DNA of 60,613 nucleotides, filler included, from Perkinsus olseni (Eukaryota): NCBI GenBank assembly GCA_013115125.1. It is 12 parts of 12 records of this genome, joined end to end, with 100 filler letters (N's around TTAATTAATTAA, not from the genome) between each part and the next. Parts side by side here need not be neighbours in the genome. Positions count along the whole stretch, not along the records: positions 45,711 to 50,618 come from JABANN010001233.1; positions 50,719 to 55,617 come from JABANN010001234.1; positions 55,718 to 60,613 come from JABANN010001235.1; 9 more parts are not named here. One strand, 5' to 3'. Shown piece by piece: positions 49,101 to 58,914 of this stretch (position 1 is its first letter; each line of letters starts with the position of its first letter). The notes under the pieces were generated by a model. It saw only the letters and a program-made list of their open reading frames with translations, ran no database searches and was not told where the DNA came from. The position numbers and the translations under genes were made by a program.

Positions 49101-52100
49101 CGTATCTTCAGGCTACCCACCCTACTACTAATAAGCGTCTAAAGCTCTCCCTTTTCAAAGAGGGGGACTCCTTCGGAAGCGTAACCTCCGCTCCGCCAAG
49201 CTCCGGTGTCATTTTGCTTCACGTCTTAGTGCGCCGTCATGGAGCTTTGCTCTCGATGGCCGGTGACTGTCCGAGCTCTCAGTGTTTGTGATGTTCGTAG
49301 CGTCCGAGCGTATACATGGCGTGCTACTCTTGCCCAGTTTCCCGAGGAGCATAAGCGATGGGTGAGCCCGCGGGTGTACTGATGGTGCTTCGGCGGCTCA
49401 ATCGAAGTGCAGCAGCCGGCTGCCAGCAGGATGTGTGTGCGTCGAACCACCCTGGCCGAACGGAAGGCCGATTTCCGGCCTGGCAGCAGCGCCGGTTGTT
49501 TTTGAATACTATAGCTTTGAAGATGGACCTCCGCAGCTACTCGGCTGTGATTATTGAATCGCTGAATGTAGGCTGGCATCGCCATGGACGAGCGAATGAA
49601 ATTGGAGGACCTCAAGCAGAGCGTCTTCTTGGCATTCTCTGCGGGCCTAAGGTGAGCCGTCGTACCCTGCAGCATGTGAGGTCGCATGAACTCACTGTGT
49701 ACTGTAGTTCTCCCGACGCTACCCAGAGACGACGAGCGAGAACTGGATGGGATACACTCAGAGGATGGTTCATCACTGGTGGTAGGGGCCTACCGCAGAT
49801 GACTTCGGGCATGTCCTCTCCGCTAGAGTTCAGGCCCCCTGGCCAGGGTAACGTATCCCGAGGCCCGGATGGCTCACCGGGTAACTGCGGCTAGTGACTT
49901 TAGTGGGATACACTCGCAACTCAGGACCGAGTGAACCCCCAGTGTCCGCCAGGATCAGCGTCACTCCGGCAGGTAACTCTTCGGCAGCCTCGCCCGGTTT
50001 AAGGGGCGTCTTCGCTGGCACTCCTCCTCGTCGTTGTCGTGTCAGATGACCCTTCACCGAGACCTTGTTCATCATCAGTGTTGGAGAGTTCAGGCAACAC
50101 GGTGAGCTCCTGTTGCTACTTATCCCCACTTTAGAGTGTCTCCATTCCCAAGGCCCTCCTGCCAACTCTGGAGCTGGAAGCGTTCAGGAGGCATTCCCTC
50201 CACGTGATGGTGCCAGGTGGAAGTTCTTGTAAGTACCATCTTGCTCGTGCCAACACAATCCTGGCGCCCCTCGCTATAGATGCTGAAGCTAGCATAATGT
50301 ACTAGTTGAGTGTTCGAGATGCTGCATGACCTTCCTTTGGCGAGGGGTGGTCTCACCGTCTCACCGTGACTCAATACAGAAGCGATAAAAATATGCTGCC
50401 AACTACAGCGTGATTGATGGTAACCCGCAGTCAAACTTGGATGAGCACTTGTTAATCTCGCCCGTGTAGTGTCCAACTTGAAAATGATACTAATCTTCAG
50501 ACTAAAAATCCCAGTGTTGTCGGGTCCAACTTCCGTCAGAACTTGCTTTCAGCGGATAAACGAGTAGTTTATCTAGGTTAAAACCGGCGCGGAGAGATGC
50601 TGTGTTATATTGTGTGCANNNNNNNNNNNNNNNNNNNNNNNNNNNNNNNNNNNNNNNNNNNNTTAATTAATTAANNNNNNNNNNNNNNNNNNNNNNNNNN
50701 NNNNNNNNNNNNNNNNNNGGCAAGCCGCCACCATCGTATCTTTGGTTTTCGCTCCCCTCGCTACCAGGTCCATATCGGCCTCCATCTGAGCTCGCAGTCT
50801 CGGGGCCGCCAGATGCAGTCTGAAGTCACCATCTGAAGGATGCGAGCGCTGCGTGGACGGATGCGTACAGTGTGAACAAAACCGTTATCATAACGGTTCA
50901 TAACGAGTTCAACTCGGAACTCGGTGTGGCATTAGTACAGGGTTTTGGCGCTTTCCAAAATCTACACGGACGAGGTGACGAGTGGGTGTGGGCTACTATG
51001 AGCTTTGGCCGATTCCAGATGTTCTCGAGGCTGGCTACTTCGTACGAGTTTTTCTCCCAATCGGATTGGGCCTGGGGCAAATGGATTGAGGCAATTCACT
51101 CGGTGGAAAACAAGCATATCTGACGAGTCTTCAAATAAAGACTTCATTGCCTCTCACTGGCTTGTCATGATAAAGTTAACGAAATCTGTCTTCTGAGAAC
51201 GCCTTGAGTCAAGGCGATCGAGAGTTCATAGTCAAGGCCCTTGACTATAAACTCACCCTGTTCATCGATATATGAGTGAATTTCTCAGAGGAATCTCTCC
51301 GAGGTCCATATGTTACTCAAGTTTTATACTTGAGCCAATACTGAACCCGAACATGATTCAGCTCCCCGCCAACCTACACCACTAACATGTGCCACCGACC
51401 CTCTAATCTTCACAATATGAGTCAAATTGTAAGCATGATCCTTGGAGTGTCGCAGAAGCACCGTTCCCATTATGTTTCCACGGGTCCTCTCAATGAGTAT
51501 TGTGAGAGTTTACCCGGGATCCGCCTCTTGAGTGCGACTCAGAAGATGTCATCGAGTTTCGAGGCCAATAACTAAATACTAAGGCAACAATCTGTCAGAT
51601 TGAATCTGATGGTGATTGAGCCTCCTATGGCTCACACTTGAGTTGTACGAAAGAAAGAGTGGCGATGGCTCGGCCCGAGCGAAGCATGCGCTCCCATGAT
51701 TGTGCGCGAGCGCACAAGTGCCTCAACCAAACAGCGACCCTCAAACGGCCTCGTGCCCTTCGTTAAATTGTGGCTCGTAGGTAGCTAATAGTGTGTAGTT
51801 CACACAGTGAACTTTAATCTTTGGCTAACCACTCGCTCAATTTCGGCTAACCGCCGAGGATGGCCCACGGAACGTGTGGCACGGATGACCCGGTGCAGTT
51901 GTGCGGACCGCGTAAAGGGGTTGTGTTCCCGGGATTACACGAACTCATGGCATAAACCGTCTATCATAGATGTCCCCGAGGAAATGGCCCATTTCACATG
52001 GGGTCGAAGGATTGGAAAGACCCTTTCCAACAGGGACGGTTTTCGGTCAAATAGCCTGTTCGTGACAATGGCTGCGTCCCCAGCCGGTACTACGAAGTCT

Positions 52101-52709
52101 GTACTCCAATTACAAAATATTGCTGAGAAATTCTCAGTGAGAAGTACGGATGGAATTGTGCGGCATATGGTTAACAGTTAACTATAGGAACCGGTTCCCA
52201 TAATTAACTTCGCAGTATTACTGTGGCCGTCACATCGTGAAGGAGAGTAACCCTGGCAGAGTTGTACACTCCTCTGAGTCAGGCGTGACTGCTGGAGGCC
52301 GTTCAGCTGCTCGTTCTTCCGAGTCCTAGTCCTAGCCCTTGTATCCGGCCAGGGAACGTGTCCACACAAGGGTCTTGTGCGCTAGGCTGTCAATCTACAC
52401 CCTTCGGGAGGACACCTTTCTCCGTGTTCCCGACGGAGATTGTGACATAGGCTTGTACCAGCAGAAATCGATGGACATTGTTCCTGCTCGTTGCTATGGT
52501 AGTTGATAAGAGGCTCGAAAGCCTGCGTGCCACGGGTTTCGGGGCCCCGGGGCCTGGAGCCCGCGGTACCTCTATTTGTGTTCTGTTCTGGGCGACAATT
52601 TAGCTAATAGCATCTCGGTTATGCAGAGTGACCTACTTGCTTCTTTGCCTTTTTATGTGAGGGGTTGAGTGGGACTGTTGACGGCTGTTCAATACAGGTT
52701 ATCGTTGAT

Positions 52710-52907
52710 ATGGTTCGCGTCGTCATCCACATCCTCACCATCATCTGGTTGGCGCTGCTATATGGACCTCTACAGTGCGATGCCCAGCTTCGTTCTCTGG
52801 TTCAGCCATCATATGAGTGCGCTGATGGATCTTGCAACCCGCCGTGCCCTTCTGGCGAGAAATGCTTCTTGCATTTCAACAGTGAATGTTTCTGTTCGAG
52901 GCCGTAA
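52710..52907 (+). CDS. Small secreted 6-Cys peptide (65 aa), defensin-like spacing
   Basis: MVRVVIHILTIIWLALLYGPLQCDA|Q...CADGSCNPPCPSGEKCFLHFNSECFC. Paralogue at 55434. Confidence 0.75.
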   Translation: MVRVVIHILTIIWLALLYGPLQCDAQLRSLVQPSYECADGSCNPPCPSGEKCFLHFNSECFCSRP

Positions 52908-53649
52908 TAACGGCCAACTTCTTGAGGAACGAGAGACTGGATTTTCAGTTTGCTGCGAACCGGCAGCTAAGACACAGTGCTGAGTACTTTTGCTTTCCGA
53001 TCATCTTTAGTATAGGATGATGCTGTGGGCCGAGAATGGCATCTGGTATTATGACTTGTATTATCCCTATATTAAGGAAATCTTGTCAGCGGTTGGGGCT
53101 TTGAGTACGCGGTTAGACATAACAAGGGCACCTCTCTTTAGTCTCGTGCAGTCTCGTGTTGGTCAATTGAGGTGCTGAACAAAGTACCCGGGAGGAACAG
53201 TCGTAGGACGCTGCGGCGCTCGATGATGTACTAAGATTGAAGTCGGCGGAGTTGGAGCAGGCCAATAGTAAGCTCGAATTGGGAGCCTCGATCCAACACT
53301 GGAAGGCTCTGGCAGAGCCACTCTGCTGGACTCTGAAGCCTTCCGAATGGAGCAGCTCAGTTCTCCTCGTCTGAGTTGATTCCCTGACCCTGGGTCAGTG
53401 ACATTATGTCACTGACATGTACCCAATTGCTCGTCGAATCTTGCTAAGCCTCGGACAAACAGGCGCCCGCCTGAAGTTGTTGCCCACGAGGACGGTGGAG
53501 CAATATTTATGAATATTACTCGGCAGCTACACTGACAGTGACTTGTGGATTCCACAATGTGGAACGACGAAGACGGCTTGATTTGATAGCCGAGGTCATA
53601 CGTCAAGCTGATGACCTGTCTAGAGTAGCATTTGATATTTCAGAGTGGT

Positions 53650-54760
53650 TGCCCCCAAGAACATTGCCTTCCTATATTTCAGCTCTTACTCCTGTGCTGG
53701 GGGGCGAGGACTGACGGTGGCCAGCGAGCGAGGAACTTCGAGAATCACAGGAAGCCGAAGGCGAAAATCCACGTAACGGCGTCGAGAAGGGCCAAGATGA
53801 TCTACTGTGCTATGAAAGGCGCCCATATCTTTCGAAGACCATCCGTGATCGTGCAGTTTCGAGAGCAGCTCTCGGAGAGCTCAAGAAGCTCATCTACACA
53901 TTGGTCTTCCGGCTACGGTCGCTGTGCTGAAGAAGTACTACGGCTTTCCTAATGCTGAGAAAGATGTTCCCGACGTGCCCAATCGCTGTCCTTCAGAGGT
54001 GTGTCAACGAGAACGTCGACGTCCAGTGAAGATTGATGTTAGCTCTCCGAGAAGGTTGTCTAGTACTACTAGACTAGCTAGACTAGTAGACAATGTCTAC
54101 AGAACCTTGGGTTCTGTGTGCGGCCGTCGGCCGCCGGCCGATATCACTTACATCGATCGCGTTCCGGTGTTATGTGTGGTAGACGAGTACTCTCGTTATG
54201 CGGACGCTCGAGTGCTGTCCGATGAAAGCTCGAACACTATATTTGCCAATCTGATGGCAATCTCCACTCGAATGGCAATGGGATATTCTGGTTTCTCACG
54301 AACAAATGGAGCACCCAATCTTCTCGCCTTGAAGGAGTGGCTGCCAGCCACTGGCACTGGCTGGCGTCGCTTTCTATAAGAGTGGTGCCTACTTGAAGTA
54401 GGCTACTTCAAGCTATCGTCCGACAGCCAATTCAGTGGTGGAAAGGTTCAACGGAACGTTTAGAAGACGACTAATGTCCGTTCCGTCTTCGTTGGATCTT
54501 TGAAGCCGGATCCCAATTGACAGGCTGATGGGCCGGGGGGTTAGCTGCGGACCGGGAATCCCAGTTATGGTAGAACGGTTCTACTAGAACCGCCCGAAGG
54601 CCAAGCGCCATTTTCCCCAGGCGCTCTAGTGTTGTTGCTTAAACCACGAGAAGAACGACGACAAGGAGCTCGGTTTTACTCTGATATTTCCCGAGTTCTT
54701 CATTCGACTCCGCATGCATCGCGCTTAATCCGTCGGAACGGTAGCGGTCAGGAGATTACG
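53650..54760 (+). pseudogene. Decayed LTR-retrotransposon integrase
   Basis: 'C..EVCQ', 'ADITYI...VLCVVDEYSRY', 'TNGAPN' (for SDNG..F) and 'NSVVERFNGTF', broken by stops, frameshifts and palindromic inserts. Confidence 0.75.
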
Positions 54761-55433
54761 GCTACCAACGATAGACTTGTGAGCTATCGAGGATCCGAGG
54801 AAGATCAGGAGTCTGTCTACGAATCGTCGTCGAGTGTCATCAGCGACTTAACCTTATCCGAGGATTTTGGTTCGGTGGCCAACGAACAGGAAATCCCTCA
54901 GGGAGATGTGCATCCGGAAGTCGAAGACGATGGCAACGAGCAGGTTCTAGATCTGCAACTACCAGAGGACTTCGGACAATAACAAGTTGAAAGAAGCTGC
55001 GCAGCCGGAGATCCCGAGTCCAAGGCCGGCATGAACCTGAAAGGTTCAGTCCCGGCGATGATCCGCGGGAAGCTAGTTTTGATCATGAAGGGTACCCTAT
55101 ACAGTAGTATTAACTCGTGACACCCCGACTTGACGAACAGGGGGGCGAAATGTAAGAGTCGTTCGTAGAGTCTTCCAGATTCGGTGCGCCAATGTATACG
55201 CGTACACATATGAAGTTGATCGATCTTTACGAGTTAACTATTCTCGTGGTTTCCCCTTTTCATATAGCGGCTCTTCCCGGCCCATCGTGTTCGTCAATCG
55301 CGGGCTGGTCCTACTATCGTCAGTGCTTCTACGTCTCTTTTAACACCTCTAGCCACATTGTATCCATGTAGCGGACACTCCTACTTCCATGCTCAGTCTG
55401 CTTGTGTAGTATCCATTACAGGTTATCATTAAT

Positions 55434-55617
55434 ATGGCTAAGTCCTACCTCTCCCTAATCACCATTATCTGCTTCGGCATGCTCTCCGGCCCCCCACAGT
55501 GTGATGCCCAAAGAGAGTTTGACAGCTTCTTCTGTCCAAGCGGTGGATGCGAGTCTTGCCCCTCTGGATACGAGTGCTTCACCGACGTGTTCTTCGGCTG
55601 TATTTGCGCAAGAACCT
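55434..55617 (+). CDS. Small secreted 6-Cys peptide, paralogue of 52710-52907 (stop probably cut by scaffold end)
   Basis: MAKSYLSLITIICFGMLSGPPQCDA|Q...CPSGGCESCPSGYECFTDVFFGCIC. Confidence 0.75.
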
Positions 55618-55717
55618 NNNNNNNNNNNNNNNNNNNNNNNNNNNNNNNNNNNNNNNNNNNNTTAATTAATTAANNNNNNNNNNNNNNNNNNNNNNNNNNN
55701 NNNNNNNNNNNNNNNNN

Positions 55718-55802
55718 ACTAGCAGTGGTCAGACGATGGTCGTGACGATGGTCGTAACAAGGGCGAGCGCGAAGGGCACGAACCCTACACTCCCCCCCTC
55801 TT
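55718..55802 (-). mobile_element. Polypurine tract (55790-55802) followed by TG-initiated putative 3' LTR (55789 to scaffold edge)
   Basis: Minus strand AAGAGGGGGGGAG immediately followed by TGTAGGGTTCGTGCCCTTCG. Confidence 0.6.
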
Positions 55803-55974
55803 AGTCTGAACCACGCTAAGAGCAAAAGGGCAGTTACAGCAGTCAATAATCAGGGCATAAAAAGGGCAGTAAAAAAGGGCATCAAATTATAAAAACTCAA
55901 CCAACCTACCATCATCTGTCTTCTCCATCCGCGAACCACGCCAACCAACCAAACCAGCCAACCGACCAACCACA

Positions 55975-58119
55975 TCACCGCAAAGGCCTATACTCTCGAG
56001 CTAGCTCTAGAGGGTTACGGTTACCTTCGTAGAGACGTAGGCTTCGATCATGAGCAACACGAAAGGAGCTGCCAAGGGCATTGTCATAGCACTCTTGAGT
56101 AGGGTACTGGTCAAACCACTCGTCGTCGTGAATCTCAAAGGGCTTGATCAAGGACCGGTCGAAACTCCATCCCAAGGGCACGGGGAAGTTACCATCACAC
56201 TTAGTCACAGTGCCACGACTCAGCATCATCGTATACCTCAGCAGAACCGCTTCGGCGGCCGTAATCGATGACGATCTTCTAAGGGCACCAACACCTTGAT
56301 CAGGGGACTCGACGACATGACTAGTGAAGGCGGCGAGGCTTCTGCCGAAAAATAACTCACCTCCTTCTCGCAAGGGCCTCAAGACGGCGTGCTTCCTCAG
56401 GATAGGCAATGCACGTTCGAGATGCATCCGACAACAAAATATTATATTGAAGTCGTTGCGGGGCTTGGCAAGGGCACGACGGTGTTCGGTATGCACCGAT
56501 ACAGCAAGGGCACCCACCTGAACCGTCCTAAGCCAGCGGTAAACAGCAAGGGCATTAGGGACCCACCAAGCACCCGTAGAGGCACTTGAGAAAAGCCCGG
56601 AGCCGAAGACGATACAACCAGACAAATCGCGTCGAAAGGGCACAAAACCACGTAGTGTCGGATGGGCCACCACCTTCACCTCCTTAACGTCGAGTTTGCA
56701 ACAAACGTCGACAGAGTGCAAGAGGTCGAGCTCGTTCCTCCACTGCCAAGGGCGAGGATCAGCATTGGGGTCTAAGCGGAAGTCGTCAATCCAGCCGAGA
56801 TCCTTGAGAGAACCAGTCTCATCGCGGACCTTGTGGGAGTCCGTGACTTCCATCTCAATGTCGGCATGAGGGATCACTCTGACCAACGGACAAGGGCGAG
56901 GCTCGAACACTCGATAAGGGTCATGGTGGCGGTGGAACTCGAGGGAGTCGACTCTTCCATCCAGCGTGAGGAAAAGGGCTTCAACAGAGAATCCGAAGAA
57001 GTCAAAGGCTGGTCGTGGACCACGCAAGTAATCTTGCAAGGACCCATCGTCTTCCGGCTGACCGGCATCGTAAGAATAGTCTGTGTCGATCGAAGCATCA
57101 TCGGCGTCGTAGTCGTGGTCGTCGTCAAGGGCGTTGGGGTCGTGGTCGTCCTCAGTGGCGTCGTGGTCGTGGTCGTCCACAGCAGCAGTAGCAGTAAGGG
57201 CGTTCCTGTCATCGTCAAGGGCAATGGCGTCAGTCATAACAGCTCTATCGCATGTCAAGGGCGGCGCATGTGACGAGGACGAAGACGAACTGCTGCTAGC
57301 GGCTTGTGGCATAGTCGGTGGTCGGGGCGGTTGGGTAATGATAGGCGGAGGATACGACGGACGAGGAGGCCGGGAGCTGCCATGTGGAAGGTCATTGGCA
57401 CCCTTGGGATTAACCCGCAGGGCCTCTTCCCGCTGCAACAAAGCTTCGTCAAGGGCAGAATTAAAAGGACACCTGTTCCGAAACAGCACGAAAGGACGAT
57501 CCCCTCCACCCGCCTTCGGATAAGAATCATTAGGCAACATCACATAGACGATCAAGCGTTGCGAACCCGGAACGACAAGGGCACCGACGCTATCATTCCC
57601 GTACGTAGAGACGAGGAGTCGCATCCACGCGCGTAAGGACACTAAGATTTTCATCACACTAGGCGGAGTAAGGACATCAATCAGGGGATCCAACAGGTGA
57701 CCCACTCTCAAATTCCGATTACCAACATCCTTGTAGGCGAGGAAGACGTCATCCCACATCAATAGTGGAAAAGCGAAAGGGCCAGTCATGTCGAAGGCTT
57801 GACCATGGTGAATACCACCTCCCTTGACGTGCGACGCGAACTCCCTTAACAACCGGTCGTAGTCAAAGTCGGCCACATCTTGTTGCGCATTCAAGGGCAT
57901 GGTGTCAGCGTCGAACACACCAACCTCAAGGGCGGCCTTAAGGGCATCGTTCAGGTCCTTCCTGTCCCTCGTCTGGGCCTTAGTGCGGCCCAGACTCTTG
58001 AGCGCCACGCAAGCACAGCAGTAGAAGGCGTTCTCCTGGGGGAAGACGAGGGTCGTGGCGAGGCAGTTCCACAAGGTGGAGGCCCTCCACTGGAGGGCAG
58101 GACCTGAGTCGAATAACTG
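55975..58119 (-). CDS. Orphan ORF (at least 699 aa) upstream of PPT/LTR, no recognisable family
   Basis: Long uninterrupted ORF with a Pro/Ser linker and DDDHD acidic repeats. The frame is open from 58119. Confidence 0.65.
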   Translation of the reverse strand, partial: QLFDSGPALQWRASTLWNCLATTLVFPQENAFYCCACVALKSLGRTKAQTRDRKDLNDALKAALEVGVFDADTMPLNAQQDVADFDYDRLLREFASHVKGGGIHHGQAFDMTGPFAFPLLMWDDVFLAYKDVGNRNLRVGHLLDPLIDVLTPPSVMKILVSLRAWMRLLVSTYGNDSVGALVVPGSQRLIVYVMLPNDSYPKAGGGDRPFVLFRNRCPFNSALDEALLQREEALRVNPKGANDLPHGSSRPPRPSYPPPIITQPPRPPTMPQAASSSSSSSSSHAPPLTCDRAVMTDAIALDDDRNALTATAAVDDHDHDATEDDHDPNALDDDHDYDADDASIDTDYSYDAGQPEDDGSLQDYLRGPRPAFDFFGFSVEALFLTLDGRVDSLEFHRHHDPYRVFEPRPCPLVRVIPHADIEMEVTDSHKVRDETGSLKDLGWIDDFRLDPNADPRPWQWRNELDLLHSVDVCCKLDVKEVKVVAHPTLRGFVPFRRDLSGCIVFGSGLFSSASTGAWWVPNALAVYRWLRTVQVGALAVSVHTEHRRALAKPRNDFNIIFCCRMHLERALPILRKHAVLRPLREGGELFFGRSLAAFTSHVVESPDQGVGALRRSSSITAAEAVLLRYTMMLSRGTVTKCDGNFPVPLGWSFDRSLIKPFEIHDDEWFDQYPTQECYDNALGSSFRVAHDRSLRLYEGNRNPLELAREYRPLR

Positions 58120-58607
58120 TCAAGGGCACGAGCATCAGGCAGCCACACTGGACGAGGGGGACAGTTGAAGACCGCGAGGTTGCCATGGACAGCCGAGACA
58201 AAGGGCACACTTTCGAGGGCATAGATGGGTCTGAGACCCCAAAACGAGCCGTCCGGCAACGTCGGCCACTGACTGCCAAAGGCAGCTCGCGACCTTCGAA
58301 GCTCGGCTCTGGTCGAGGGCTTGTCGCGTAACGCCGGGTTGGCGTGAGCGGACAATCCCACATGAACACTAAGGGCGACGTTGTGGCGGTCGTGAGCCAT
58401 GGTTTTGACGTTGTACTCCTCGGGGTCGAGCAACAAGGGCCTAGGCTCGGAACCCTTAATAGGGTCTAGCCTGTACTTGCGGTGGAAGCGTCGAAACCTT
58501 TCCTCCAAGGGCAAGTCGTCGTTATCAGCCGGGGAGACAACGCCAAACACAGTCGCCAAATTAGCATCTGGAGGCAAGTTGAGAGCCTTGAGAACAAACG
58601 CCGGCAA
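57951..58607 (-). CDS. Upstream overlapping ORF, probably the 5' part of the same orphan gene (frameshift or short intron)
   Basis: 218-aa ORF overlapping the 699-aa ORF and sharing the GCCCTT enrichment. Confidence 0.4.
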   Translation of the reverse strand: MPAFVLKALNLPPDANLATVFGVVSPADNDDLPLEERFRRFHRKYRLDPIKGSEPRPLLLDPEEYNVKTMAHDRHNVALSVHVGLSAHANPALRDKPSTRAELRRSRAAFGSQWPTLPDGSFWGLRPIYALESVPFVSAVHGNLAVFNCPPRPVWLPDARALDSYSTQVLPSSGGPPPCGTASPRPSSSPRRTPSTAVLAWRSRVWAALRPRRGTGRT

Positions 58608-58914
58608 GCGAGTCTCGTTCTTGACGGGACTCGCTTCCCTCCCGCTTCCCGAGAGGGAAGCGGGAGAGAAAATTTTTCTGGGGCCGGGACGGGAAAATCG
58701 CGGAATATCGTTTTTTCCCCGCTTTTCTCCCGCTTTTCTAAAATACGATAGAAACTCAACCTCAAGTACATTTGAAGCTCAAGGTTCTTCCACTCAGTCA
58801 AGATCCATATTATCCAACGAAGTTCCGTCTCAGTTTTGGCCCCTGACTGAGCACTATGACGAACGAGCAGAATGAGTAATGCTGTGAATAAACCCATAAC
58901 AGAATGAGTATGCG

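Larger units (their letters stand above)
5046..55717. other. Eleven artificial 100-nt scaffold linkers (N44-TTAATTAATTAA-N44) at 5046-5145, 10188-10287, 15323-15422, 20426-20525, 25524-25623, 30569-30668, 35585-35684, 40600-40699, 45611-45710, 50619-50718, 55618-55717
   Basis: Identical six-frame-stop linker each time. Intervening scaffold lengths fall monotonically: 5045, 5042, 5035, 5003, 4998, 4945, 4916, 4915, 4911, 4908, 4899, 4896. Confidence 0.98.

Noticed and set aside
46200-50600. Possible decayed non-LTR element fragments
   Set aside because: Only faint hints (one CxxC..H..C-like stretch near 48810); too degenerate to call.
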